Assembly: GCA_963736025.1 (NCBI GenBank)
Contig: CAVTNH010000007.1
Location: 11,972-75,971, forward strand
Direction: 5' to 3'
Length of the DNA stretch: 64,000 bases
Origin: an uncultured Chloroflexia bacterium
Lineage (GTDB): Bacteria; Chloroflexota; Limnocylindria; Limnocylindrales; CSP1-4
Below the pieces are notes generated by a model. It was not told the origin of the DNA, made no database searches, and saw only the letters and a list, made by a program, of their open reading frames with translations. A program made the translations under genes and the position numbers. This document shows positions 10,622 through 26,300 of the stretch, in pieces (positions within the stretch are counted from its first letter, which is position 1; each line of letters starts with the position of its first letter).

Positions 10622-11552
10622 GCCGGGCCCGCAGCTCCGCGGCCGTCGGCGGATCGGCGCCCACGCGTTCGCACGTCATCGCCCCGGCCGTGGTGGCGAC
10701 GCGCAGGATCTCGCGCCAGGCGTCGTCCGAGAGCGCCCCGAACCGTCGCCGTTCCAGGCCCGCCCCCTCATCGAGCGCGAACAGGAGGCCGGCCGTGAAC
10801 GCGTCGCCGGCGCCGATCGTGTCGACGACCTCGACGGTTGGCGCCGGGACGTCGATGGGCGGCCACCCGGCCCGATAGAGCGTCGCCCCGCCGGCGCCGC
10901 GGGTGACGACGGTCGGGCCGGCACGGCCCATCGGTTCGGCGTCCGATCGCGTATCGGCACCCAGCTCGCGCAGGTCCGCCTCGCTCGCCTTGACGAGATC
11001 CGCGAGCCCGACCGCCCGTCGCACCCGATCGAGGTAGGTCGGCCAGTCGTCGACGACGTCGCGGCGCACGTTCGGATCGAACGACAGGAACACCGTCCCC
11101 GAGAGGCGCTCCATCAGCTCGATCGATCGACCGCCGACGGGCTCCAGGCCGAGGGCCGCCGATCCGATGTGCAGGACGTCCAGCCGCGCCCAGTCCTCGG
11201 GGGAGACGCCCGCGGGGTCGTATCCGCGATCGGCCGTGCCGGTCCAGCGGAAGTCGTAGACCGCCTCGTCGCCGACGCGACCGACCACCGCCACCGCAGT
11301 CGGTTCCGGGCCCCATTGCAGGAGCGACTCGCCGATCCCCTCCGCCGCCAGCCGATCGTGCAGCAGCCGGCCATGCGCATCGGTCGACAGCCGTCCGGCG
11401 AACGACGTGTCCAGCCCGAGCCGGGCCAGCCCCACTGCGACGTTGAACGGCGATCCACCCGGCCGGGCGCCCAAGTCGCCCGAGTCGCCCTCGATCAGAT
11501 CGACGAGCGCCTCGCCGGCGCTGGCGAACCGCCTGGCATGTGCTCCTGGCAT
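10611..11552 (-). CDS. PfkB-family carbohydrate kinase (fructokinase-like)
   Basis: GEALVD, PGGSPFNVAVGLARLG, DPNVR, DTIGAGDAF. Confidence 0.9.
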   Translation of the reverse strand: MPGAHARRFASAGEALVDLIEGDSGDLGARPGGSPFNVAVGLARLGLDTSFAGRLSTDAHGRLLHDRLAAEGIGESLLQWGPEPTAVAVVGRVGDEAVYDFRWTGTADRGYDPAGVSPEDWARLDVLHIGSAALGLEPVGGRSIELMERLSGTVFLSFDPNVRRDVVDDWPTYLDRVRRAVGLADLVKASEADLRELGADTRSDAEPMGRAGPTVVTRGAGGATLYRAGWPPIDVPAPTVEVVDTIGAGDAFTAGLLFALDEGAGLERRRFGALSDDAWREILRVATTAGAMTCERVGADPPTAAELRARLSA

Positions 11553-11571
11553 CGCGTGTCCCGGCTCGATC

Positions 11572-12459
11572 TCAGAGATGGGCGGCGCTCTCGAGCCGTC
11601 GGCGGTCGACCGTCTCGAGCTGGAACGTCGAGTGCTCGACATCGAAGTCGCCTGCGAGACAGGCACACAGCTCGTCGAGGACCCGCGCCGGCTCCGCGTC
11701 GGGCTTCAGCACGACGTGGGCGGAGATCACCGGGAGGCCGCTGGTGATCGTCCAGGCATGGAGGTCGTGGACGTCGGCGACGCCCTCGGCGCCGATGATG
11801 TGCGCGCGGACGTCATCGAGACGCATCCCGCGCGGCGTCGCCTCCAGCAGGACGTCGATCGCTTCGCGCAGGAGGCCGACGGTCCTGGGCACGATGAGGA
11901 TGGCGACGACGATCGACGCGACCGCATCCGCCTGCTGCCAGCCGGTCAGCGCGAGCACCACGGCCGCGACGATCACCGCAACGGACCCGAAGAGGTCGCC
12001 CAGGACCTCCAGGTACGCGCCGCGGACGTTGAGCGAGCCCGCCGCCGACCGTCGCAGCAGCACGACCGTCGCCCCGTTCGCGACGAGGCCGACGACGCCG
12101 AGGGCGAGCATGAGTCCGCCCTGGACCTCGGGCGGATCGTCGAGGCGGCCGATCGCCGAGACCAGGATGAACGCCGCGACGCCGACCAGCAGGACGGCGT
12201 TCGCCACCGCGGCGAGGATCTCCGCCCGGTAGTAGCCGAACGTTCGCCCGTCGGTCGCCGGCCGGCCGGCGATCCACATCGCCGCCAGCGAGAGCCCGAT
12301 GCCCGTGACGTCGGTCAGGACGTGGCCCGCGTCCGCGAGGACCGCCAGGCTGTTCGCAGCGATCCCGCCGACGACTTCGACGATCAGCAGCGCCAGGGCG
12401 ATGCCGAAGGCCATCGTCAGGTGGCGTCGATCGGTCGCGCGTCCGAGCACATGGGGCAT
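11572..12459 (-). CDS. Cation diffusion facilitator transporter (CzcD/ZitB-like)
   Basis: [37 protein letters not shown]. Confidence 0.9.
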   Translation of the reverse strand: MPHVLGRATDRRHLTMAFGIALALLIVEVVGGIAANSLAVLADAGHVLTDVTGIGLSLAAMWIAGRPATDGRTFGYYRAEILAAVANAVLLVGVAAFILVSAIGRLDDPPEVQGGLMLALGVVGLVANGATVVLLRRSAAGSLNVRGAYLEVLGDLFGSVAVIVAAVVLALTGWQQADAVASIVVAILIVPRTVGLLREAIDVLLEATPRGMRLDDVRAHIIGAEGVADVHDLHAWTITSGLPVISAHVVLKPDAEPARVLDELCACLAGDFDVEHSTFQLETVDRRRLESAAHL

Positions 12460-12605
12460 CGCCGGGGTGGACCTCCATCTCGCGACTTCGACGGTCAGCG
12501 TGCATCGGGCCGCGCCGCTCGTCCAAGACCCCGATGGTACGGCCGGACCGCCAAGCGGGCGCACGCGGCGGACGCGCGAGCGACGCTGCTAGCATCGCCG
12601 GCAGG

Positions 12606-14272
12606 ATGGGACAGACGCGCTACGACTTCGTCATCGTCGGTGGCGGCTCGGCGGGGAGCGCGCTGGCCAACCGCCTGAGCGCGGATCCCGCGACGCGGGT
12701 GCTCGTCCTCGAGGCCGGGCGCTCGGACTGGCGGATCGACCCGTTCATCCACATGCCGGCAGCCCTGACGTTCCCGATCGGCAGCCCGTACTACGACTGG
12801 ATGTACGAGTCCGAGCCCGAGCCGTTCATGCACGGCCGGCGGATCTACCACGCTCGCGGCAAGGTCCTCGGCGGCTCCTCGAGCATCAACGGCCAGATCT
12901 TCCAGCGCGGCAACGCCCTCGACTACGAGCGCTGGGCCGCCGACGCCGGGATGGAGACGTGGGACTACGCCCACTGCCTGCCGTATTTCAAGCGCATGGA
13001 GACATGCCTGGCGGCCGCGCCCGACGACCCGTACCGCGGGCACACCGGGCCGCTGGTCCTCGAACGGGGTCCCGCGACGAACCCGCTCTTCACCGCGTTC
13101 TTCGCCGCGTGCCAGGAGGCCGGCTACCACCTGACCGACGACGTCAACGGCTATCGGCAGGAGGGATTCGCGCCGTTCGACCGGAACATCCACCGCGGCC
13201 GGCGGCTCAGCGCCGCGCGCGCGTACCTGCACCCGATCATGGGCAAGCGCCGGAACCTCACGGTCCGGACGTCCACGCTTCGTGACCGCGATCCACGTCG
13301 AGGGGTCACGCGCGGTCGGCGTCGAGATCGAGCGCCACGGCGGCGGCACGGAGACCATCGGGGCGGGCGAGGTGATCCTGGCCGGCGGCGCGATCAACTC
13401 GCCGCAGCTCCTGCTGCTCAGCGGCATCGGCCCGGCTGCGGACCTGGAGGCCCTCGGCATCCCGGTCGTGGCCGACCTGCCGGGCGTCGGCGAGAACCTC
13501 CAGGACCACCTCGAGGTCTACATCCAGTACAAGAGCCTCCAGCCGGTCTCGATGCAGCCGACGGCGACGCAGAAGTGGCGACGGCCGTTCATCGGGGCGC
13601 AGTGGCTGTTCCTGCGGAGCGGGCCCGGCGCGACCAACCACTTCGAGGGTGGCGGGTTCGCGCGGAGCAACGACGACGTCGCCTACCCGAACCTCATGTT
13701 CCACTTCCTGCCGCTCGCCATCCGGTACGACGGCAGCGCCGGAGCGCCCGGACACGGCTACCAGGTGCACGTCGGGCCGATGTACTCCGACGCCCGCGGC
13801 ACGATCACGCTCAAGACCACGGACCCGCACGACCATCCGGCCCTGCGTTTCAACTACCTCTCGACCGAGCAGGACCGGCGGGAGTGGGTCGAGGCCATCC
13901 ACGTGGCGCGCGGGCATCCTCAACCAGCCCGCGATGGCGCCGTACAACGGCGGCGAGACGTCGCCGGGCGTGGCGGTGACCAGCGACGACGAGATCCGCG
14001 ACTGGGTCGCGCGCGATGCGGAGACCGCGCTCCACCCGTCCTGCACGGCGCGCATGGGCGTCGATGGCGCGTCGGTCGTGGATCCGCTGACGATGCGCGT
14101 CCACGGCCTGGACGGCCTGCGCGTGGTCGACGCGTCGGTCATGCCGTACGTCACGAACGCGAACATCTACGCCCCCGTGATGATGCTCGCCGAGAAGGCC
14201 GCCGACCTCATCCTCGGCAACGAGCCGCTGCCGCCCGAGCACGTCGACTTCTACCGGCACCGGCCGGCCTGA
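12606..14272 (+). CDS. betA: Choline dehydrogenase (GMC oxidoreductase), frameshifts near 13280 and 13910
   Basis: [55 protein letters not shown]. Confidence 0.88.
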
Positions 14273-14445
14273 GGCCGTCCGGGGCACTCGCCGAACCCAT
14301 GCGCCGACTGACCCTCGGCGCGCCCGACTGGACGGATGTCCATCCCCAACCGATGACGCACGTCCGGTGTCCTGGCCGCCGCGCGCCTCGACCATCGCCG
14401 TGACCCCCCATCCATCCCTCAGATCCAACCTCAAGGAGCACGGCC

Positions 14446-15853
14446 TTGGAAGCGTTTCGCCCTCGCCGCCACGATCTCTTGGACCCATTCGACCTGGCGG
14501 CCTTCCGAGCCGAACTCCAGGGCGAGCTGATCCTCCCCGGCGGCACCGACTACGACGCCGCGCGACACGCCCACAACACGATCTATGACCGCCGGCCCAC
14601 GTTCATCGTGAAGGCCGCCGGCGCGGGCGACGTGGCACGGACCGTGGTCCTGGCACGGGACGCGGGGATGGAGCTCGCGGTCCGGAGCGGCGGCCACAGC
14701 GTCGCCGGCCACAGCACTGTCGATGACGGGATCGTGCTCGATCTCTCGGGCATGAAGGGGCTCCACATCGATGCCGAGCGACGAACCGCGTGGGCCCAGC
14801 CCGGCCTGACCGCGGGCGAGTACACGGCCGCGGCCGCGGCGCACGGCCTTGCCACCCCGTTCGGCGACACCGGCTCCGTCGGCATCGCCGGCCTGACGCT
14901 CGGCGGCGGCATCGGCTTCCTCGTCCGCAAGTACGGCCTCGCCATCGACGCGCTGCAGGCCGTCGAGATCGTGACGGCCGACGGTCGACTGATCACGGCC
15001 AACGCAGACCACCACCCGGACCTCTTCTGGGCGGTCCGCGGGGGCGGCGGCAACTTCGGCGTCGTCACACGCTTCCAGTTCAAGCTGTACCCGGTCGGAG
15101 ACCGTCCTCGGCGGCGCGCTCTTCCTGCCGCCGACGGCCGACGTGCTGAACAGCCTCGTCCCGATCGCCGCGAACGCCCCCGAGGAGCTCTCGACGATCT
15201 CGTTCCTGATGGCGATCCCGCCGGTCCCGTTCGTCCCGGCCGAGCGGCACGGCGAGCTGGCCCTCATCGTGATGTTCGTCTGGAGCGGCGACCCCGCCGA
15301 CGGCAACGCGGCCATCGAGCCGTTCCGGCAGGTCGCGACGCCGATCGCGGAAGCGGTCATGCCGATGCCCTATCCGGGCATCTACCAGTTCACCGAGGGT
15401 GGCGGGGCGCCCGGTCGCGGCGTCGTCCGCTCGCGGTTCATGAACGCCCTGAGCGATGCCTCGATCGAGTCGATCCTGTCGGCGATGGCCGTCGCCTCGC
15501 CCTCGGCGATCGTCCAGATCCGCGTCCTCGGTGGCGCGATGGCCCGGGTCCCGGTCGCGGAGACGGCCTTCGCCCATCGGTCGGCGCCGATCATGGTCGC
15601 GATCATCGACCACTACGAGGATCCCGCGTCGGACGCCGCCGAACTCGCCTGGACCGAGGCCCTGCACGACGCGCTCGCGCCGGACGCGTCAGGCGTGTAT
15701 TCCAACTTCCTGCAGGACGAGGGCGAGGATCGCCTTCGCGACGCCTACCCGGGCGGCACGTACGAGCGGCTCGCCGCGATCAAGCGGCGCTACGACCCGA
15801 CCAACTTCTTCCGCCTCAACCAGAACATCCGCCCGGCCGGCAATCCCGGCTGA
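14446..15853 (+). CDS. FAD-binding oxidoreductase (VAO/BBE family), frameshift near 15100
   Basis: VRSGGHS, LTLGGGIG, LFWAVRGGGGNFGVVT, RLAAIKRRYDPTNFF. Confidence 0.88.
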
Positions 15854-15876
15854 CGCCGTTCCCGGTCTATCCAGGA

Positions 15877-15904
15877 CGCCGCCGGCTCGGGGGAGCCGGC
15901 GGCG
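15877..15904. terminator. GC hairpin between convergent genes
   Basis: CGCCGCCGGCTC-gggg-GAGCCGGCGGCG perfect 12-bp stem. Confidence 0.65.
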
Positions 15905-15983
15905 ATTCGGTGTCCGGCGATGCATCTCGATGCACCGGATCGGGGTCGTTCGCGCGGATGGAGGGCGTCAGGCCCGACTCGCG

Positions 15984-17208
15984 CTACGGCCCGGGTTCGT
16001 CCGGCGGAGACGTCGTCCCCGGTTCCTCTGGCGGCGCCGCTCCGGCGGGCGTCTCGGCGTCGTCGAGCGGCGGCTCCTCGACGGGCTCTGCCTCCCCCGA
16101 TTCCGCGGCGACCGCGGCTCCGGCTGCGACCGCGGCGCCGGTCGCTCCACCGGCCCGCGCCCGGTCACGGATCCAGTAGCCGAGCGCTCCGGTGACGGCC
16201 GCAAGGGCGATGATCAGGACGAGCAACAGGAGGGGGCCGCCGCCCGACGATGAGGTCGGCTCGCCCGGGATCGCAGGGAGCGTCGGGCGCGGTGTCGGGC
16301 TCGGACTGGGCGATGGACTCGGGGTCGGCTCCGGCGTCGGACTCGGTGTCGGCTCCGGCGTCGGCGTGGCCGTCGGCTCCGGGGTCGGTGTTGGTGTCGC
16401 GATGGGCTCCGGCGTCGGTGTCGGGGTGGGAGTAGGCGTGGGCGTCGGCGTTGGCGTCGGCGTCGGCGTTGGCGTGGGCGTCGGCGTTGGCGTCGGGGTC
16501 GGGCGTCGGGGTCGGGGTCGGCGTCGGCGTCGGTGTCGGGGTGGGCTCCGGCGTCGGTGTGGGTGTCGGCGTCGGCTCGGGCGTCGGCGTCGGCTCAGGT
16601 GTCGGCGTCGGCTCCGGCGTCGGCGTGGCTCCGGTGTCGGTGTCGGCGTGGGCTCAGCCGTGGGTTCGGTGCTCGGCGACGGTTCCGTGCTCGCCGCCGC
16701 GCGACGCCGATGGCGACGGGACCGGGCAGCCGCTCGGACCCGCCGCCTCGATGTTCGCCTCGATCTCGTCGATCTTCGGTCCGAGCGCGGCCGCTGCGTC
16801 GATGTCCGCCTGGATCCCCGCCACGTCGCCAGCCTCGATCCGCGAACGCAGATCGGGGACCAGGGCGGCCAGGTCGTCGACGACTGCGGCGAGCTTGTCG
16901 CGGAGCTCCGGGTCGTCGCCGCGCGGGAGCGTCGCCAGCGCGACCTGGATGGCCCGAAGCGCCCGATCGAGTTCATCGAGGTATGCGAGTGCCGCCGCGT
17001 GCTCCGGACTCGTCGGATCCGCGATCGCCTCGGCATCCGCGGCGGCGACCTTCGTCAGTGCGACATCGACGGCCTCGACGGCCGCTTGCGCGACGCACAG
17101 CTCGGGCGTTTCCGCGGACCTGAGGGCCTGTCGCTGCTCCTCGGTGCACGCCCCCACGACGAGGGCGAACGCGAGCAGCACGAGAAGCCAGATCGGTCGA
17201 CGGGTCAC
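15984..17208 (-). CDS. Lipoprotein with long Pro-Thr/Glu-Pro-Thr stalk and C-terminal TM helix (frameshifts in repeat)
   Basis: GTG 17208: [21 protein letters not shown] lipobox; helical domain; PTPTP runs; [20 protein letters not shown]. Confidence 0.7.
16290..16680 (-). repeat. Degenerate hexamer repeats encoding Pro-Thr linker
   Basis: ggcgtc/ggtgtc/ggggtc/ggcgtt iterations. Confidence 0.85.
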
Positions 17209-17308
17209 GGGGCGGAATCGTAGCAGGCGCGAACGACCTCGCGTTTCGGACCGCCGTACAATCGCCGTCCGACCGTGCACGCGAACAGGACGGACAGGGG
17301 AGGGCGAC

Positions 17309-17788
17309 ATGAGCGAACTGATCGTTGCGAGCTTCACCGACGACACGACCGCTGGAGCCGCACTGGACGCCATCCGGCGTCTCAAGAGCGGCGGCCTTGC
17401 GTCCATCGAGGATGCGGCGGTCGTTCGGAAGGACGATGACGGCAAGACCCGGGTCAAGAACACGCTCGATTCCGCGACGGTCGGCGGCGCGGCCGTGGGG
17501 GCGTTCCTCGGTGCGGTCCTCCTCGTCTTCTTCCCGTTGCTCGGGCTCGTCGGCGGCGCCGTCGCAGGCGGGCTGGTCGGGCACTCGCTCGGCCGCCACG
17601 TCGAGAAGTCGTTCGTTGACGATGTGTCGAAGCAGCTCGAGGCCGGCCAGTCCGCCCTCTTCGTGCTGCTCGGCAGCGACAACCCCGACGCCGTGATCGC
17701 CGCTCTCCGACCGATCGAAGGCGGGACCCTCGTGCAGACCACCCTCGATCCCGAACTCGAGCAGGCCCTGATCGAGGCGCTGAAGTAG
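17309..17788 (+). CDS. DUF1269-like membrane protein
   Basis: MSELIVASF...IEDAAVVRKDDDGK...glycine-zipper helices...LVQTTL. Confidence 0.75.
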   Translation: MSELIVASFTDDTTAGAALDAIRRLKSGGLASIEDAAVVRKDDDGKTRVKNTLDSATVGGAAVGAFLGAVLLVFFPLLGLVGGAVAGGLVGHSLGRHVEKSFVDDVSKQLEAGQSALFVLLGSDNPDAVIAALRPIEGGTLVQTTLDPELEQALIEALK

Positions 17789-17807
17789 TCGACGACCGCG
17801 CGTCCTG

Positions 17808-18716
17808 ATGCGGATCGGGATCGTCCTCCCTATCGAGGAGGCGCACGACGGGACGACGCCCCCGTACTCGACGATCCGCGAGATGGCCGTCGCGGCCGAG
17901 GCGGGCGGACTCGATTCGCTCTGGATCTACGACCACCTCCTCTTCCGGTTCGAGGGCGAGGAGGAGAGCGGCCTCCACGAGGCCTGGACGGTCCTGGCCG
18001 CCGTCTCCGACGCCACCGAGCGGGTGGAACTCGGCACGCTCGTCATGTGCACGACGTTCCGCAACCCGGGGGTGCTCGCCAAGATGGCCGCGACCCTCGA
18101 CCACATCAGCGGCGGCCGGCTGATCCTCGGCATCGGCGCGGGCTGGCATGACCCGGAGTACGAGGCATTCGGGTTCCCGACCGACCACAAGGTGGGCCGG
18201 TTCGACGAGGCGTTCACGATCATCCGCGACCTCATCCGCACCGGCCGGGCGGACGTCGACGGCACGTACGTCCAGGCGCGAAACGCCGTCCTCCGACCGC
18301 CCGCCCGACCCGACATCCCGATCCTCGTCGCGGCCAAGCGTCCGCGGATGCTCGAACTCACCGCCCGTCATGCCGACGCCTGGAACCTCGCCTGGTTCGG
18401 GCTCCCGGACGAACGCCTCGCGCGGGTCCGCGGCGAGCTCATGGAGGCTTGCGCGCGCGTCGGGCGGGACCCGGCCAGCCTCGCGATCACGGTCGGCGTC
18501 AACGTCCGCTACCCGGATCTCACCGATCACGAGGAGGAGGGCCCGGCGCTCACCGGTGACGCCGATGCGATCGCGGCCGGGCTCGCCGCGCACGCCGCAG
18601 ACGGGACCGATCACGTCATCGCCGCGCTCGATCCGAGCACGCCCGAGTCGTTGGCGCGGTTCCTCGACGCGGTCGCTCGTTACCGAGCGGGCCAGCCGGC
18701 AGGATCGCCGGCCTAG
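17808..18716 (+). CDS. LLM-class flavin/F420-dependent oxidoreductase
   Basis: SLWIYDHLL, RNPGVLAKMAATLDHISGGRLILGIGAGW. Confidence 0.9.
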   Translation: MRIGIVLPIEEAHDGTTPPYSTIREMAVAAEAGGLDSLWIYDHLLFRFEGEEESGLHEAWTVLAAVSDATERVELGTLVMCTTFRNPGVLAKMAATLDHISGGRLILGIGAGWHDPEYEAFGFPTDHKVGRFDEAFTIIRDLIRTGRADVDGTYVQARNAVLRPPARPDIPILVAAKRPRMLELTARHADAWNLAWFGLPDERLARVRGELMEACARVGRDPASLAITVGVNVRYPDLTDHEEEGPALTGDADAIAAGLAAHAADGTDHVIAALDPSTPESLARFLDAVARYRAGQPAGSPA

Positions 18717-18742
18717 GACCGGCCGCGCGGCCGAGCCCGGGC

Positions 18743-19511
18743 CTACAGGTGGGCCGGGGCGAACCCGCTGTCCACGGGGGCGGGGCGCACGACCTCGTAC
18801 GGCACGACCATGACGTACTTGCCGGCGAGGTTCGCCGCCCATCGCTGGAAGTTCCAGATCGATCGTGTCCGACGTGGCACGAACTGGCGGCCGAGCTGCT
18901 TGGGGGTGAGTGCCTCACCCGGTCTCGGGCTCGGACCCCAGACCCGCGAGCCGTACGGGTAGAGCGGATCCTCCACGATGACCGACGTGACCGTGAAGTC
19001 GTCGGTGAGCAGCGGGTCGGCGGTGGCCCGGAAGCCGCTCATGACCCAGGCGTGCCGCCCGTGCCACATCAGCAGGCCGACCGGCCGGCCGGTCGGCGCG
19101 CATCGCCTTCGCCGCGATCCGGAGCGCCCCGGCGAGGGTCTTCGACCCGGCGAGCTTGTAGGGCCCGGCGCCCTCGATGTTGAGGCCGGCCGCCCAGCCG
19201 GACACGCTCGCGCCCTGGCGCTGCGTCCCGTCGGGTCGCGGGCCGCTGCGTCCCCGGGCGAGCTTCTGCAGCCGCAACTGGGTCTTCGCGGAGCGGTCTC
19301 GACCCGGCTCGATCATGTTCAGCATCATCTGCATGCTCGCGCCGACGCACTGGACGAAGTTCGTCTGGGCGACGAAGTCGGCGCGAACCCCGAGGTCGAG
19401 CGTGTAGGTCCGCGCAGCCGAGGTCGGGGCCGGCGCCGACACGAGCAGGAGCGAGGCGGCCAGGAGGCCGGCAACGAGGCGGCGCGGGGCGGCGTACGAG
19501 GCGGACCTCAT
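18743..19511 (-). CDS. Secreted protein, possible C39-like cysteine peptidase fold (frameshift near 19090)
   Basis: Signal peptide; QTNFVQCVGASMQM, GRHAWVMSGF, VIVEDP. Confidence 0.5.
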
Positions 19512-19553
19512 CGCTCCACGATACGACGGAATGGCGAGCGTGGTTCCCGGACC

Positions 19554-23335
<3,782 letters not shown>

Positions 23336-23384
23336 ACTGCTCCGTGCTCTCGAACGGGGAGTGTACCCGCGGTGGTCGGACCGG

Positions 23385-24288
23385 TCAGTCGTGCTCGATC
23401 CGCCGCGGCGTCAGGCGCGGACCGTATTTCGGCGCGTAGAGGCCGCTCAGCTCCAGCAGCCGGACGACCCGGGCGCGCTCGCCGCGCCACGGTTCGAGGA
23501 GCTCCAGCATCCGCGCGTCGTCGCCGCGCGGCTCCCTCGCCAGCGCCCAGGCGACGAGGTTCGGCAGGTGGAAGTCGCCGACGCTGACGGCATCGGGGTC
23601 GCCGAGGGCCCGGACCGCGACCTCCGCGGCCGTCCACGGGCCGATCCCCGGGATCGACATGAGCCGCGCCTGGGCCGCGTCGGTCGGCAGCTCCGTGACG
23701 GCCTCGAGCCACGCCGCGCGTTTGGCGACCCGCCGGATGACGTCGGCGCGCCGCTGCTCCACCCCGAACGGGTGGTAGGCGTAGTAGGGGAGCGTCGCGA
23801 GGACGTCGGCCGTCGGGGGCAGCCGAAGGCGGAGCGACGGCGGACCGGGGGCCGGCTCGCCGTGCTTCGCGATGAGGCTCCGCCACGCCCGCCGCGCCGC
23901 GTCGCCGGTGACCTTCTGCTCGAGGATGGCCGGGACGAGCGACTCCATCACGGCGCCGCTCCGGGTCAGGCGGACGCCGGGGAACCGTCGCGCGAGCTCA
24001 TGGACGAGGCGATGGTGGTCGCCGATCGGGCCCCCATCGTCGGTCGAGCCCGAGCAGCGCCGGGACTGCCGCGAGCGCAGCGTCAGCGCCGGGTCCCCAC
24101 GCCTCGGCCTGCACGTGGCCCTTCGCCTGGACGAGCGCGATCGTCGCCGGGCCGTCCGCGGTCCGGGTCGCTCGCCAGGCACGGCCGGGCGCCATCCTGA
24201 GTGTCGGATCGCCCGTGCCGCGGCGGAGCGGCGCCAGGGTCCGGGGGAGGTCGAACGCCCCGTCGTAGGGGAAGGTCGCGGTGGGCAC
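23385..24288 (-). CDS. DNA-3-methyladenine glycosylase 2 (AlkA/HhH-GPD) family protein, frameshift near 24045
   Basis: [33 protein letters not shown]. Confidence 0.85.
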
Positions 24289-24373
24289 GCGGGCAGTCTG
24301 TCACGGTTTCGCAAGGCAACCGCGCACCACCCGAAGGGCCTACGGAGGGGAACGATGGTACGGTTGTCTAGAC

Positions 24374-24982
24374 GTGCGACACCCCAGGGTCGTCGCGAGC
24401 GTGGCGCTCATCGCCGTGCTTGCCACCGTCGCTTTCCCCGGTCCGGCCGGGTCGCGGGTCCCCAGCCCATTCGATCAGCCGGACGTCGATCTCTTCCAAC
24501 AAGCTGAGATGGCGGCTGCTGTCCGCGGGACGGCGATGACGACCGAACCCCTCGATCCGGGGGCCCGTTCCGACGGGATCCTGGACCCGGCCTCGACGCT
24601 GTTCGAGCCGACCCAAGCAACGGAGCCGCCACAGGCTCGGCCGGGTGCTGCCCTGCCCAAGGTGACCGCCAAGTCGAAGCTTCGGAACCCGTGGCGCACC
24701 GATGACGACGTGTCCTGGTACGGCCCGGGCCTGTACGGCAACGGGACCGCGTGCGGCCAGACCCTGACCAAGGGCCTCGTCGGGGTCGCCCACCGGACGC
24801 TGCCGTGCGGCACGCTCATCGAGTTCCGCAACCCGCGCAACGGCCGCGTGGTCACGGCCGCCGTCGTCGACCGTGGCCCGTTCGTGAACGGCCGGGTGTG
24901 GGACCTGTCGCACGGCCTGTGCGACAAGCTCAACCACTGCTACACCGGCACCCTGCAGTGGCGGTACGGCAAGGCCGGCTGA
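24374..24982 (+). CDS. Exported RlpA-like (DPBB) lytic transglycosylase family protein
   Basis: SWYGPGLYGNGTACG, VAHRTLPCGT, VVDRGPF..RVWDLS. Confidence 0.85.
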   Translation: MRHPRVVASVALIAVLATVAFPGPAGSRVPSPFDQPDVDLFQQAEMAAAVRGTAMTTEPLDPGARSDGILDPASTLFEPTQATEPPQARPGAALPKVTAKSKLRNPWRTDDDVSWYGPGLYGNGTACGQTLTKGLVGVAHRTLPCGTLIEFRNPRNGRVVTAAVVDRGPFVNGRVWDLSHGLCDKLNHCYTGTLQWRYGKAG

Positions 24983-25079
24983 CCTGCCCGCGGTCGACCG
25001 GTCCTCGCAACCACGGCCGACCCTCGCGTCCCAACGTGCACACTAGCGACTCCCTCGTATCGGATCGGAGGCACGTGAC

Positions 25080-26291
25080 ATGCGGATCCTCGTCGTCGGC
25101 GCGGGCGGCGTCGGCAGCTCGGTCGTCCCGATCGCCGCGCGTCGCGACTTCTTCGAGCACATCGTCGTCGCCGACTACGACCCGGCTCGGGCGGAGCGGA
25201 CGGTGGCCAGGCTCGGCGACGACGCCCGGTTCACGGCGGCCCGCGTCGATGCCTCGAAGGCCGACGACGTCGCCGCGCTCGCGCGGGAGCACCGCATCAC
25301 CCACGTCCTGAACGCGGTCGACCCGCGCTTCGTCATGCCGATCTTCGACGGCGCGTTCGCGGCCGGCGCCGACTACCTCGACATGGCGATGTCGCTCTCG
25401 CACCCCCACCCGGAGCGGCCCCATGCCGAATCGGGCGTCAAGCTCGGGGACGAGCAGTTCGCCAGGGCCGACGCCTGGACGGCGGCCGGGCGGCTCGCCC
25501 TCGTCGGCATCGGCGTCGAGCCCGGGCTCTCGGACGTCTTCGCCCGATACGCCGCGGATCACCTGTTCAGCGAGATCGACGAGATCGGCGTCCGCGACGG
25601 GGCGAACCTCGTCGTCGACGGCTACGACTTCGCGCCGTCGTTCTCCATCTGGACGACGATCGAGGAGTGCCTCAACCCGCCGGTCATCTGGGAGCGGGAC
25701 CGGGGCTGGTTCACGACGCCGCCCTTCAGCGAGCCCGAGACGTTCGACTTCCCCGAGGGGATCGGGCCGGTCGAGTGCGTGAACGTCGAGCACGAGGAGG
25801 TCCTGCTCATCCCGCGCTGGGTCAAGGCCCGTCGCGTGACGTTCAAGTACGGCCTTGGCGACGAGTTCATCAACGTCCTCCAGGTCCTGCACAAGCTCGG
25901 CCTCGACAAGACCGACAAGCTGCGCGTCGGCGGGGCGGAGGTGTCGCCGCGGGACGTGGTGGCGGCCGGGCTTCCCGATCCCGCCACGCTCGGCGACCGG
26001 ATGCACGGCAAGACGTGCGCCGGGACATGGGTCACGGGCACAGGCAAGGACGGCCAGCCTCGCGCGGTCTACCTCTATCACGTGGTCGACAACGAGTGGT
26101 CGATGCGCGAATACGGGTCCCAGGCGGTCGTCTGGCAGACGGCGATCAACCCGGTCGTGGCACTCGAGTTGCTGGCCGGCGGGACCTGGTCGGGGACCGG
26201 CGTCCTCGGCCCGGAGGCGTTCGACGCGGTCCCGTTCCTGGACCTGCTGACGGCCTACGGGTCGCCGTGGGGGATGCGCGAAGGCGGCTGA
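25080..26291 (+). CDS. Saccharopine dehydrogenase / carboxy(nor)spermidine synthase family protein
   Basis: VVGAGGVG, YLDMA, GVEPGLSDVF, NVEHEEV. Confidence 0.85.
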   Translation: MRILVVGAGGVGSSVVPIAARRDFFEHIVVADYDPARAERTVARLGDDARFTAARVDASKADDVAALAREHRITHVLNAVDPRFVMPIFDGAFAAGADYLDMAMSLSHPHPERPHAESGVKLGDEQFARADAWTAAGRLALVGIGVEPGLSDVFARYAADHLFSEIDEIGVRDGANLVVDGYDFAPSFSIWTTIEECLNPPVIWERDRGWFTTPPFSEPETFDFPEGIGPVECVNVEHEEVLLIPRWVKARRVTFKYGLGDEFINVLQVLHKLGLDKTDKLRVGGAEVSPRDVVAAGLPDPATLGDRMHGKTCAGTWVTGTGKDGQPRAVYLYHVVDNEWSMREYGSQAVVWQTAINPVVALELLAGGTWSGTGVLGPEAFDAVPFLDLLTAYGSPWGMREGG

Positions 26292-26300
26292 GATCGGGCG

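Noticed and set aside
16290-16680. Repeat tract as CRISPR or a non-coding repeat
   Set aside because: It has no repeat-spacer structure and encodes a Pro-Thr linker.
23336-23384. SAM or cobalamin riboswitch upstream of metH
   Set aside because: The intergenic space is only about 50 nt and shows no recognisable aptamer.
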